The translations under genes were made by a program, and so were the position numbers. This document shows, piece by piece, positions 12,354 to 23,462 of a DNA stretch of 64,000 nt (within the stretch, counting starts at the first letter, position 1; each line of letters begins with the position of its first letter). This DNA is from Tubiluchus corallicola (lineage: Eukaryota > Animalia > Priapulida): positions 62,001 to 126,000 of the forward strand of contig JAQGDQ010000373.1 of the NCBI GenBank assembly GCA_030141605.1, read 5' to 3'. The notes beneath the pieces are model-generated. The model saw only the letters and a list, made by a program, of their open reading frames with translations. It did no database searches and was not told the DNA's origin.

Positions 12354-12732
12354 GAGTCCATCAGGTCATCACTCGACTATGCTTCAGGAAGGGCGAGTTT
12401 GGCTGAAGATGGTTCAGAAGCAGTCGGAAAAAGAAGGGGAATATTTTCTCATGGACCAAAACCAAAAAGGGAGACAAGCTTTCACCCCGAAGCCATACCC
12501 GAGGCAGATAATGAGGTTGCAGAAACGGAGTGTCCTCCTAATACCGTAGCAACGACGTCGCGAGTGGATACATCGGTGAAACTGGGACAAGCAGATGCTG
12601 CTTCCTCGGATGATGAAGAAAAACCTAATATGAAGAGCTTTTCTGTGACCTTTTCAGAATCTGTTGAGGCAGTAGCTGGTTATCTGTCGCATGTAACACT
12701 GGGCCGTGATAACGAGGATGATAAGGAGAGCG
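12354..12732 (+). CDS. ABCA3: ABCA exon encoding a low-complexity acidic insert between TMD2 and NBD2
   Basis: tttatag|GAG acceptor, open GC-richer frame, needed to reconcile phases between 11676 and 15161; donor is G|GCAAGT (12733) or AA|GTATTG (12737). Confidence 0.72.
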
Positions 12733-12912
12733 GCAAGTATTGTTTTATTCCGACGGTGAAAGTACATTCACATTCAGTTAACATGTTAATAGCAAGTTTC
12801 TACAGTTTTTCTACCACTAGCATGTTATATGACTTGAAGTTGTATCAAGTCAGTGATATGTACAAAATATCTTATACAGGAGACCTTCTGCTAAAGTATC
12901 GTATTTATTCGC

Positions 12913-14543
12913 ATCAAAAGTGTCTTGTACAGGGAGTCCATTGGGGTGTTTTTATACTGAGTGTTACCAAAAGTGTCTTGTACGGGGAGTCCCATGGGCT
13001 GTTTTTACACCGAGTCTTACCAAAAGTGTCTTGTACGGGGAGTCCCATGGGCTGTTTTTACATCGATTCTTACCAAATGTGTCTTGTACAGGGAGTCCCA
13101 TGGGCTGTTTTTACACCGAGTCTTACCAAATGTGTCTTGTACAGGGAGTCCCATGGGCTGTTTTTACAGCGAGTCTTACCAAATGTGTCTTGTACAGGGA
13201 GTCCCATGGGCTGTTTTTACACCGAGTCTTACCAAATGTGTCTTGTACAGGGAGTCCCATGGGCTGTTTTTACAGCGAGTCTTACCAAATGTGTTTTGTA
13301 CAGCGAGTCCCATGTGCTGTTTTTACACCGAGTCTTACCAAAAGTGTCTTGTACGGGGAGTCCCATGGGCTGTTTTTACACCGAGTCTTACCAAAAGTGT
13401 CTTGTACAGCGAGTCCCATGTGCTGTTTTTACACCGAGTCTTACCAAAAGTGTCTTGTACGGGGAGTCCCATGGGCTGTTTTTACATCGATTCTTACCAA
13501 ATGTGTCTTGTACAGGGAGTCCCATGGGCTGTTTTTACACCGATTCTTACCAAATGTGTCTTGTACAGGGAGTCCCATGGGCTGTTTTTACACCGAGTCT
13601 TACCAAATGTGTTTTGTACAGGGAGTCCCAGGGACTGTTTTTACACCGAGTCTTACCAAAAGTGTCTTGTACAGGGAGTCCCATGGGCTGTTTTTACACC
13701 GATTCTTACCAAATGTGTCTTGTACATGGAGTCCCATGGACTGTTTTTACAGCGAGTCTTACCAAATGTGTCTTGTACAGGGAGTCCCATGGGCTGTTTT
13801 TACAGCGAGTCTTACCAAATGTGTCTTGTACAGGGAGTCCCATGGGCTGTTTTTACACCGAGTCTTACCAAAAGTGTCTTGTACAGGGAGTCCCATGGGC
13901 TGTTTTTACAGCGAGTCTTACCAAATGTGTTTTGTACAGGGAGTCCCAGGGACTGTTTTTACGCCGAGTCTTACCAAAAGTGTCTTGTACAGGGAGTCCC
14001 AGGGGCTGTTTATACACCGAGTCTTGCCAAAAGTGTCTTGTACAGGGAGTCCCTTGGGCTGTTTTTACAGCGAGTGTTACCAAATGTGTTTTGTACAGGG
14101 AGTGCCAGGGACTGTTTTTACACCGAGTCTTGCCAAAAGTGTCTTGTACAGGGAGTCCCATGGGCTGTTTTTACAGCGAATGTTACCAAAAGTGTCTTGT
14201 ACAGGGAGTCCCAGGGGCTGTTTATACACCGAGTCTTGCCAAAACTGTCTTGTACAGGGAGTCTCAGGGGCTGTTTTTACACTGAGTCTTACCTAAACTG
14301 TCTTGTACAGGGAGTCCCAGGGACTGTTTTTACACCGAGTCTTACCAAAAGTGTCCTGTACAGCGAGTCCTAGGGGCTGTTTTTACACCGAGTCTTACCA
14401 AAACTGTCTTGTACAGGGAGTCTCAGGGGCTGTTTTTACACCGAGTCTTACCAAAACTGTCTTGTACAGGTAGTCTCAGGGGCTGTTTTACACAGAGTCT
14501 TACCAAAACTGTCTTGTACAGGGAGTCCCTTGGGCTGTTTTTC
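12913..14543. repeat. 53-bp minisatellite, about 31 copies
   Basis: Unit gtcttaccaaatgtgtcttgtacagggagtcccatgggctgtttttacaccga, head-to-tail with no spacers. Confidence 0.97.
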
Positions 14544-15160
14544 ATTGAAAACCATAAGACTCGCATATAGAGCGAGCATGTGAATAACTTATTGCAGCAG
14601 ATAAGTACCCCAAGGGTAAAGCTTTCAACCTGAGGGAAAAAATTTGACTTTTTCAAATCAGTATTAGCATCTAGAAGAGCGTTAAACTTAGCTGTCATTC
14701 ATTAGTTAGTTTAAACATAATTTATTATAGGATTGGATCAGACAATTCGATCAAATGATCATTTAAGATCCTCACCACATCTGTCTATACACACTAGTTA
14801 CAAAAACATTTACAGTAAGAATAGACTATAACTACATAAGCTGACGAGTTTTGCTACAAGATTACATTAAACATTAGTACAAAATGACGGTTAGAAAATA
14901 TTCATGCACGAATATTTAAGACTGGTGCATTTCTTATCAGATAGAAACCACTCGATGCGTTTAGTAGTTTATTAGTTCCACCATATGACAACTGATTCAA
15001 ATCGTAACTTCATCTTTAGAGTGTTCGGGTTACACGGATACAATGATAGTAAAAGAAATCTACGTAAATCAAATTGCTAAATCCAGTTCACACCACAGGC
15101 ATGCCTGATCAAGTGAGTTTTAAAAATGTAAATACTGAATTCATTTATTCATCACTACAG

Positions 15161-15409
15161 CTAGGAGTGCGTCGTCTCTTACCTCTCAGTACGACAGGAA
15201 ACCTTCCGAAGAGATCGGGAAAGAAGATGAAGATGTTGTGGCCGAACGGCAGCGAATCAGAAACACTCGATTTACTCTCCTTTGCAAGTCGGAAGTTTTA
15301 ATTTTGCAGGAATTGACCAAATGCTATGGACAGTTGCTCGCTGTTCATAGGCTGAGTTTTGGAGTTAAACAGGGCGAGTGCTTCGGTCTCCTAGGCATGA
15401 ATGGTGCTG
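15161..15409 (+). CDS. ABCA3: ABCA exon (NBD2 start, Walker A)
   Basis: EDEDVVAERQRI...LTKCYG...GECFGLLGMNGAG|gtaag. Confidence 0.92.
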
Positions 15410-15617
15410 GTAAGAATGATACTAGTATTTGTAATGAAAATGTATCAACGCAAAGAAAGAAAAACACTTAATTATGATAATACCATATTTGGCTGACCTT
15501 AACTAATGTGGATTGTGAAATATTAATGACGTAATTTGTTCATTTCCAAATAAGTTTTCTCATTGTTTTGACAAATTGTTAAATTGATAAAAACATTCTG
15601 TTTTTATGCGTGGGAGA

Positions 15618-16002
15618 CAGAGCTCCCATGGTCAGGAAAAATCCTTGAAAATACAACCTATCCTGGAAAATCATGGAAAATTCTAGGAAAATGATGAAAA
15701 TGGGGCGAAAAGTCGGGAAATTGGAAAGGGTTGGAAAAATCATCGGTGAACCGATAATTTTTCGAACATTTCTTTCAGCGATTTGTGCTCTAATAAAATT
15801 TTGCTATGGCAGGCTTCCTGTTTCGATTTCCGTTGTAAAAATGATGACAGTCCGACACATTATATATCAGTATATGTATAAATGTCTATGAACAAAATAT
15901 GTATACTGGTAATGCAATTTTTGCTTATTTTGGTTATGGAGAATCAATATTCGGTCAGGGAAAAGTCAATGAAGTTTATTTTAAACTTCTGTGGGAACCC
16001 TG
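15618..16002 (+). mobile_element. Copy of CAGGGTTCCCA-TIR element
   Basis: cagagctcccatggtcagg ... tgtgggaaccctg. Confidence 0.75.
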
Positions 16003-16464
16003 CCCTCAGGCTTTTTTACGCTTGACACCGAGAAATTGCTACAAAATGTTGCGGATTATCTGCGCAGACTTTCATGTGTTGTTGTTTGCATGTTGAATGA
16101 TTAGTTGTTTATTTCATGTATGCTGTAAAAATTGTCAACTGAAAGGTATGGACGCTGTTCATTTGTTGACTGCCTTATCAGCTTAAATTTCTGTTGTGTG
16201 AAATGAATTAATAAATTTAAAATAGGTGTTTGTTTTGGTAAAATTAGCGTCTCCATGCGATGAGTAACAAAAAAAACCTATTAGGGAATATGGTCAACCT
16301 TAAAATTTGCAATCAATTTTCTGACTTATTTCAGTGCAAATTTATACCTTTTTTTACAGACGAATCAATTTATTTAAGTCAATTTTATTACAAGCACATA
16401 AAAACATTTATGGTTAAAAACAACACAACTTTGTTAAAACTTTTACATTAAAAGTTAGAATCAT

Positions 16465-16506
16465 GCCAAAAGTTTCGACAGACTACTGCTGTCATCATCA
16501 GTGATG
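16465..16506 (-). ncRNA. Minimal type I hammerhead ribozyme motif (degenerate at stem III)
   Basis: Minus strand: ca CTGATGA T GACAG cagtagt CTGTC GAAA cttt tgg. Confidence 0.55.
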
Positions 16507-16610
16507 AATTTACAAACATACAATCAGTTTATAGACGTGTCAGTTTCTTTTCTTCAGGTCTGCTTAATCATTGACTGATCGTAAATACATAATTAGTGCA
16601 CAGTTTACTG

Positions 16611-17110
16611 CAGGGGTGTGCAAATTGCTGCCCGCGGGCCACTTGCGGCCCGCCGAGAGAATTTGTGTGGCCCGCGAAGAGATTCGTCAACCTAATGAAA
16701 GTGCGGCCCGGGCGATTAATTGAGTGTATCCAGCTGAAGTCCGTGCCACGATCCCAAAGATAGTGTGGGTAGTTTTTTCTACTAGATCGGATGCCATTAA
16801 CCCTTACAAGACGGTTGTAGCTTAATGTCACTGTACTACACAGACTGTGTGATACACATTACTAATATGCATTGTAATGAAATTACCACTATCTGTCCTG
16901 AAAGTAGAAATATATGGTTTGTAATATAAATTTTAATAACTTCTAAAATAGTTTCTTAAGTGTAGTAGTAATGATGTACGCGGGTCGGATGCAAAAAAAT
17001 CGTTATTAGGCCTTTCTGTACTTGGCTCCTTGATCAAACTGCCTGTGGCCCGCAGAGATTGCGGGAAAGTTTAATGTGGCCCGGTTAGTCAGATAATTTG
17101 CACACCCCTG
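16611..17110. mobile_element. hAT (Charlie-like) MITE
   Basis: TIR caggggtgtgcaaatt; perfect 8-bp TSD gtttactg. Confidence 0.93.
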
Positions 17111-17224
17111 GTTTACTGTTTCAACTTCTTTACAGGTCTGTTTATTCATTACATAATTGGCTTCTGTTAACTACTTAATTAGTGCACAATAGGCTCTGCC
17201 AACTGGTTGTATGTTTGTAAGTTT

Positions 17225-17265
17225 ATCACTGATGGTGACAGCAGCAGCCTGTCGAAACGTTTGGC
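17225..17265 (+). ncRNA. Minimal type I hammerhead ribozyme motif (A9G variant)
   Basis: tca CTGATGG T GACAG cagcagc CTGTC GAAA C GTT tgg. Confidence 0.55.
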
Positions 17266-17561
17266 ATGATTTCAACTTTAACTTTTTAATGTAAGAATTT
17301 TAATAAAGTTGTGTTGTTTTCAACTGTAAATGTTATTTATTTATTTATTTAGTTTAGCTATGTGAACTTTGGCGCAAAGAGAATAACTAGGTCTTTGCAG
17401 TGTGTGTATGGCAACTAAATTAATTGGTGGGTGGTAAGTGGATGGGTGACCTGCTGATCTGTTGGTTTCACTGACATTACCGCCTCATGTTTATGTAGCC
17501 GAATCTGTCAGTGCCATGCGAGTCGAGATTTTAGTAAGTCAGTTTTCATATGTTTTCATAG

Positions 17562-17659
17562 GAAAAACGTCCACGTTCAAGATGTTGTCTGGTGATGAAA
17601 CCATTACTTTTGGAGACGCATTCGTTGCCGGCCATAGTGTCAAGACGGATTTGAAAAGG
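17562..17659 (+). CDS. ABCA3: ABCA exon (NBD2)
   Basis: [33 protein letters not shown]. Confidence 0.95.
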
Positions 17660-17684
17660 GTGTGCTAGTTTTTTCACATGTAAC

Positions 17685-18110
17685 CAGGGTCGTATCAAGA
17701 CTTTGCGACGCCGTAGACTGATAGTTCTGTCCAGCCCATCTCTATTTTGAATTTGTGGTTGTTTATGTAATGAGCAAATTAAACAATTACTTGTGGCGTA
17801 TTAAAAAAAACACTATTAACCTGGTTTCTATGTGCTCATTATTAATTGTGTTTATGTGCATAGCGCTTATATTCAAGCAAGTTGTGCAACTGCGTGTTGT
17901 TTAATACCTTGCGTCAGTTCGTTATGTGGCGCTTATGTAGAGTCTGCTGTCAGTAACTGCCTGTGGTGTGTTATAAAATGCGCCCTTTACGTGAATGTGA
18001 AAATATACACATTTTAAGAGGAGAATAAGAATTTTTTCTAAAATGTGACGCCGTCAAACTTTGGCGCGCTAGTCTAGAGTCTAGTTATTCTGTCGGTTAA
18101 TACGCCTCTG
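17685..18110. mobile_element. Degenerate hAT-like MITE
   Basis: cagggtcgtatcaa ... ttaatacgcctctg imperfect TIRs; TSD degenerate. Confidence 0.5.
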
Positions 18111-18319
18111 CATCTGGCAGCTAATGGTTATATTAGGGTTCAAAAAACTCCCCGCCAAATGCATGCAATGGTTTTGTCATCTGAAATGATTCGACTAAGT
18201 TCAATTCTGCATGTGCGTGTTAAACGAAACTAATAAACTATTTTTATGTATGTATACAATATACATACATAATGTATATATAATGTATATAATGTATTGT
18301 ATGTACAATACATAATATA

Positions 18320-18353
18320 TGTGTGTGTGTGTGTGTGTGTGTGCGCGTGTGTG

Positions 18354-18397
<44 letters not shown>

Positions 18398-18424
18398 TGT
18401 GCGTGTGTGTGTGCGTGTGTGTGT
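18320..18424. repeat. (TG)n/(TGCG)n microsatellite
   Basis: Direct observation. Confidence 0.95.
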
Positions 18425-18726
18425 CAGTGGCGGCTCGTAGCTAAAATTGGTGGGGGTGCTGTTTCAGAAAATGTTTAGCCATTGTTTTAATACTGTGTAC
18501 AACGAAACAAACGTATGTAATTTTAATGTTGTAATTTGTAACTGTAATTTTAAATAAACAAACATACGAAAATTTATATATAAACTTGATGAAATCCTAA
18601 ACAAAAAAATTTGCTTACTAATAACTTAAAATGTCACAGCTCAAGCTTGATCCACTCACGGTAAGCACGTGACAACTGACAACAAGCTGTACTGTCAGTT
18701 TCTCTGCCTGGGCTCAGCATGTGCAC
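18425..18726 (+). mobile_element. One end of a hAT-like DNA transposon
   Basis: Begins cagtggcggctcgtagctaaaatt; its reverse complement is found split at 33860-33960 and 35260-35450. Confidence 0.65.
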
Positions 18727-18728
18727 TT

Positions 18729-18925
18729 GGTCTGTTTATTCATTACCTATTTGGCTTCTGTTAACTACTTAATTAGTGCATAATCGACTCTGGCCTATAT
18801 AAACTGGTTGTATGTTTGTAAATTTACCACTGATGATGACACCAGCAGCTAGGCGAAACGTTTGGCATGATTTTAACTTTTTAATGTAAAAGTTTATAAT
18901 AAAGTTGTGTTGTTTTTGACTATAA
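18729..18925 (+). mobile_element. Third copy of the Penelope-like terminal repeat, with a hammerhead motif at about 18826-18866
   Basis: Similar to 17135-17333; cca CTGATGA TGAC...GC GAAA C GTT tgg. Confidence 0.65.
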
Positions 18926-18957
18926 AAAATTATCTAACGTTTAAACGATTTTCTTAG

Positions 18958-19145
18958 GCACAACAGCACATTGGTTACTGTCCGCAGTTTGACGCGCTGA
19001 TTGATCACATGACCGGGAGGGAAACCCTGTACATGTACGCTCGACTACACGGCGTAAAGGAACCACGACTCGCAGAAGTTGCAAAGGAATTGATATCTTC
19101 TTTGCTCCTTGAACCGCACGCAGATAAACTTGTAATGGGTTACAG
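18958..19145 (+). CDS. ABCA3: ABCA exon (NBD2 Q-loop)
   Basis: [32 protein letters not shown]...[10 protein letters not shown]. Confidence 0.95.
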
Positions 19146-19573
19146 GTGTGTACGAAAAATGGGGGGGGGGGCTGACGAGTAGGGGGTGAGCTTTCTCTAC
19201 CAAAAAACAAATTCGAATTGAATTCAAACTTGTGACATTCGAACTCGAATCAAACTGCATTGAATATGAATCCAGCTTTGAAGATTTTCTAATAAATTTT
19301 GGAATCTCTAGTAAATCTCAGAGGTATTACATTTTAAATTTTTCCTTTTTGGGCAGTTCTTTGCAAATTTCTTTGTTATATCTTTCCAAGTGATAACAGC
19401 AAAATAAACCCAACATGCTGAGTGACTTGTTCTTTCCTTTAAAAAGTGAAATATTTATTTCTCTATTTTCGTCTATTGACATTTGCAACATGCAAATAAT
19501 TGTTAATGGTCTCAGATGAAGTGTCACACTTATACAACTAGGAACTTTTTCCGTAAAATTTACTATTTTTTAG

Positions 19574-19744
19574 CGGCGGCACGAAGAGAAAGCTAAGCAC
19601 GGCTGTCTCGTTAGTTGGCAACCCACAAATCGTATTTCTGGATGAACCAACTACCGGAATGGATCCCGTTGCTAAGCGGTTGCTATGGGATGCATTGTCA
19701 CAGTATCGAGCAAAAGGAAAGTGCATTATCTTGACTTCACACAG
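19574..19744 (+). CDS. ABCA3: ABCA exon (NBD2 signature and Walker B)
   Basis: [41 protein letters not shown]...IILTSH. Confidence 0.95.
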
Positions 19745-19924
19745 GTAAACAGGTGCTTTTCCTTTCCAAGACTGAATCAGTTTGATGTAGTTCAAAATAA
19801 TTCAGAGCAACAGGCTGTTTTACTTTGGCTTCATATGTACTGTTGCAGGGCTGAGTTTTGCGTTCAAATTTTCACGTGCTCAAGGACACAGATTAGGCAG
19901 CCTGTATATTTCTTTTCAGAATCA

Positions 19925-20020
19925 CGTTGAAACACATGTTGCTTCAAAATCTATGTAAGAAATATGTTGCTTCAAAGTCACTTTAAAACATGTTGCTTCA
20001 AAATCACTGTAAGATATGTG
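19925..20020. repeat. 28-bp minisatellite, left part (split by the LTR element)
   Basis: Unit atgttgcttcaaagtcactttaaaacat. Confidence 0.9.
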
Positions 20021-21221
20021 TGTAATGACGGCGTTCCTCGTGGGTGATAGTAATTAGTAACTTATGTAATACGAGTATGAAGCGCACTTAACTTTGGTAA
20101 CGTAGCGAGACTAATACTAAGGCTTTTGAAATGCGGAGTTGTCCTTGTGGTTTATGTGTACCTGTTTCTGAATACAAAGCTTACTAAAAGACTAATTAAC
20201 ATTTCAATGCTTTTATTCTACTAACAGACAATATGAGTGAATCAAGAGAAAAAGAAAAAAATACATTACAATAGTTAAGGATGGCCATTTCAAGAATTAC
20301 AGCACGAGTTCTTGGTACCAAACAGTAACCTAATAGTAACTGCAGTTTTCACTGTCCATAAGAGTTTGTGCACAAGATATCACCAATTTGAGTAATCACT
20401 ATTGAGCTCAAAAGTAAACTGTTACTTATCTCTGGAGTGAGCGCTCACTACGTCAGTCCATTGGCAATCACTGGGGTACTCCATGGAAGGGATACCATCT
20501 CCAAAACATCGCATACCACGCTCGACAGTACTAGGTGCCAGTCCCTCCACACCCTGACAACAAGGGCTGGGTTGCTTATACTGTGTAGAAGGCTCAAAGT
20601 TGGTCTTTACTCCACTCAATTGCATTACAACACATTGTCCATTAGGATAGTATTACACCATTTACAACTGTCCAGGATTTTTCACAATAAAACACCAGTT
20701 CAGCCATTTTCAACAGATAAATTTTAAGTTTGTCCTCAAAGGTATAAACCCAACATTTTAACAGCTATCATTTTCCAGACCATTCTACCCCCTTCTCAAT
20801 ATCAAAAGCACATTTTCCTGTTACTGGAACAGTTCACTACATTCTAGGTAGTTTTATACTTTAGACAGGTAACTGTAACACTATATAGGCTGAATGAGAA
20901 AGCAAAACACCCCTGTAATAAAATAAACAAGGCCGAAGCCAACACACTTTCAAAATGACCTGCATAACACTGACATGTAGGTTACATGCGGGGCAGATAT
21001 AGTTCATGGGTGCCTGGTACATTATTACAACAACAGCCATAAAAAATAAAGTAAACAATGCAGGTAGCTTCCTTATACAAAATCAAACTAAGTTAGGCCT
21101 CTTCAATCGAACCAAACATTTATCATTGAACAAATTGCATAATATAATGTACATAGGTGGTTGCTTGTAATGTGCAAGAACACACTTTAGCCAAGGGGTG
21201 GACCTAGTCTGGTCCATCACA
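20021..21221 (-). repeat. 3' LTR
   Basis: Near-identical to 25500-26700 (four differences seen); a short G-run PPT candidate is adjacent at 21222-21230. Confidence 0.97.
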
Positions 21222-21540
21222 TAGCCCCCCAAATTTTAGACTAATGTTTCCATGAAATACTAGTCTTCGAAAATCAGACCTGACAGGCCAGACCTTAGTG
21301 CTCGTCTTTAACTTAAAAAAGTGGCATAAACAACTCTTTGCCAGTTGAAACGTGCATGATAGTTTGTACCAAAAGAAAGTCTGACAGCTTTCTACTCATC
21401 ACTTAGAATAGGAAAAAAGGCTTTGAACCTCTCAAAATGATATTGGTTCTACCAACTTCAAAATTCAAAAGTTTCGTACAAAAACAAAAAAAAAACTGAA
21501 AATGTCAAGTAACCTTCTGTTTCTGTTAATTAGAGCCCTT

Positions 21541-21675
21541 TCATTTCTTATGATTTGCATTTGAATTTCTAGACAAACCATCAGCAACATTCTGGGCACC
21601 TTTTATGTATTCGACTTTGAATGTGTATTCTTGTAATATGAGTGACCATCTAGCCAGTTTTCTGTTTTTATTAGC
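21541..21675 (-). pseudogene. RNase H C-terminal remnant, out of frame with the integrase ORF
   Basis: Reads NRKLARWSLILQEYTFKVEYIKGAQNVADGLSR...stop, the typical end of Gypsy RNase H. Confidence 0.85.
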
Positions 21676-23282
21676 TGTTCCTTTTGTTTGTTGGTCAAAT
21701 TTTCAGATATATCTATGTCCCGTATGCTCTGAGTTTGGGTTGCAGAGGGAGGAAACATGTGGTCTTGGACTTCCGTTACTCCTTCCTCATAGACCTCAGT
21801 GGCTTTGTCTGGAGTGGCAAATGTCAACAATGCCTGAGCCTCATTGCGCTCGATCCAAGGTCGCAGTAAGTTAATGTGGAAGTTACGCTCACGATTTTTC
21901 TTCCCTCGGAAAGCAATTTTGTAAACCTGGTCAGAGACCCTTTCCAAGATTTGGTAAGGGCCTTTCCAAATGCGGTTTAGTTTCTTGGCACTCTTCGGCA
22001 GCAGTACTAGAACTTTGCTACCTACTTCTAGCCTGCGTTCACGTGCCCTTTCATCATACCATTTTTTCTGCGACAGCTGGGCTTCATGCAATGTGGAATG
22101 TGCGTCGTTTGTGACTTCTTCCATCTTATGCATGAGTTCTTCCACAAAAGTATTGACTTCTGTCAATTGCTTTGGACGCGGTACATTGTATTTTTCTCGC
22201 AGTATGGTAAGCGGCCCTCTGATTGGGAAACCGTAAACAAGTTCATATGGTGAGTACGACGTTGAACTCTGTGGGCAGTCTCGATATGCAAACAAGACTA
22301 AAGGAATTAATTCGTCCCACTCCCAATCTCCCTCAGTTAGCTGAAGCTTTCTGATGGATGACTTCAGGGTCTGATTAAATCTCTCCGTTAGGCCAGAGGT
22401 TTGCGGGTGATATGCAGTGGCATAAATTCCTTTTATTCCCAGGACTGACTCAAGATCCTGTAATATTTGTGAGATAAACGCGGGGCCTTGATCTGAAACG
22501 ATTTCAGTCGGGGCTCCGTATGAAGCAATGTAGCGCAGAAGTGCCTTGACTGTGTCTTCGGCCGTTTGAGTCCTGGTGGGGTATACTTCAGGATACCGTG
22601 TGCTAAAATCTGTAACAACCAGAGCATATCGGTTACCTGATTTCGTTCGTGGAAGTGGACCAACAAAGCCCATGCAAATCTTCTGAAATGGTAATTCATT
22701 GACTGTAATAGGTTGCAACTTAGCACGATCGCTTGCTTTTCGTCTACTGCATTTTTGACAGACTGGGCAGCTGCGTACAAATCTTCGAATATCGCTATGA
22801 ATATGTGGCCAGTAAAATTCACGCAGAATCTTCTCTGTTGTCTTCTGTATCCCAAAATGTGCAGCTAACTTGTTGTCATGAGCATGCTGAAGGACCTCAA
22901 GTCTACGCTTTTTGGGTAAGACAATCAAATCTTTGCCGTCTACGTCTTTCGCTCTTTTCAAATGTAAAAAGAGTAGGCTATCTCTGATAAAATATCCTTT
23001 ACCCAGACTTTTAGCCTGTTTCTCCGATATCACGTTGTCGTACAGGTGCTTTAAGGTAATGCAATTGTTTTGGTCCTGGATAAGTGCTTCTCGTGACTGG
23101 CCTTGGTGAGAATTACCCTCTTCTTGCTCATTCACCAGGGCAGGAATCTCATGGTCTTCATCTTCCTGCCGCTCTATTTCCTCTCGTTCTAATTCTTCAT
23201 TGAATTGCTTTGCTTGTGACCGAGTCATGACTTGCAGAGCTGGTGTTGAGAATGGATGGGACACTCCTTTCTGGTTAACCAC
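21603..23282 (-). CDS. Retrotransposon integrase (HHCC, DDE core, GPY-type tail); first catalytic Asp replaced by Gly
   Basis: HAHDNKLAAHFG...CPVC; ICMGFVGPLP; IVSDQGPAF; YHPQTSGLTERFN; WKGPY. Confidence 0.9.
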   Translation of the reverse strand: MVNQKGVSHPFSTPALQVMTRSQAKQFNEELEREEIERQEDEDHEIPALVNEQEEGNSHQGQSREALIQDQNNCITLKHLYDNVISEKQAKSLGKGYFIRDSLLFLHLKRAKDVDGKDLIVLPKKRRLEVLQHAHDNKLAAHFGIQKTTEKILREFYWPHIHSDIRRFVRSCPVCQKCSRRKASDRAKLQPITVNELPFQKICMGFVGPLPRTKSGNRYALVVTDFSTRYPEVYPTRTQTAEDTVKALLRYIASYGAPTEIVSDQGPAFISQILQDLESVLGIKGIYATAYHPQTSGLTERFNQTLKSSIRKLQLTEGDWEWDELIPLVLFAYRDCPQSSTSYSPYELVYGFPIRGPLTILREKYNVPRPKQLTEVNTFVEELMHKMEEVTNDAHSTLHEAQLSQKKWYDERARERRLEVGSKVLVLLPKSAKKLNRIWKGPYQILERVSDQVYKIAFRGKKNRERNFHINLLRPWIERNEAQALLTFATPDKATEVYEEGVTEVQDHMFPPSATQTQSIRDIDISENLTNKQKEQLIKTENWLDGHSYYKNTHSKSNT

Positions 23283-23462
23283 CTGAGACTCACTCGAGTG
23301 TTCATCAACCTCTACATCTTTCTGCTCACCGTGACGGTCTTCTATCTGCTGGGACTTTTCTGAACAATTTTTAAATCTGCTACTGTCTGTTCGAAAAGGT
23401 TGTTTCTTCCCAAACTTTTGGCCTCTATGAACGCTGTGTTTTGGACCAAGATTTTTAGAAGG

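Larger units (their letters stand above)
16403..17333. mobile_element. Penelope-like inverted terminal repeat pair, interrupted by a hAT MITE
   Basis: 16403-16530 is the reverse complement of about 17201-17333; each arm has a CTGATGA..GAAA motif and an AATAAA-like tail. Confidence 0.7.

Noticed and set aside
12913-14543. CRISPR-like array
   Set aside because: Head-to-tail 53-bp units with no unique spacers, no cas genes, and a eukaryotic intron context
20422-21058. Small ORFs duplicated at 25901-26537, considered as accessory or env genes
   Set aside because: They lie within the LTRs, are short and have no recognisable motif; the duplication is simply the LTR
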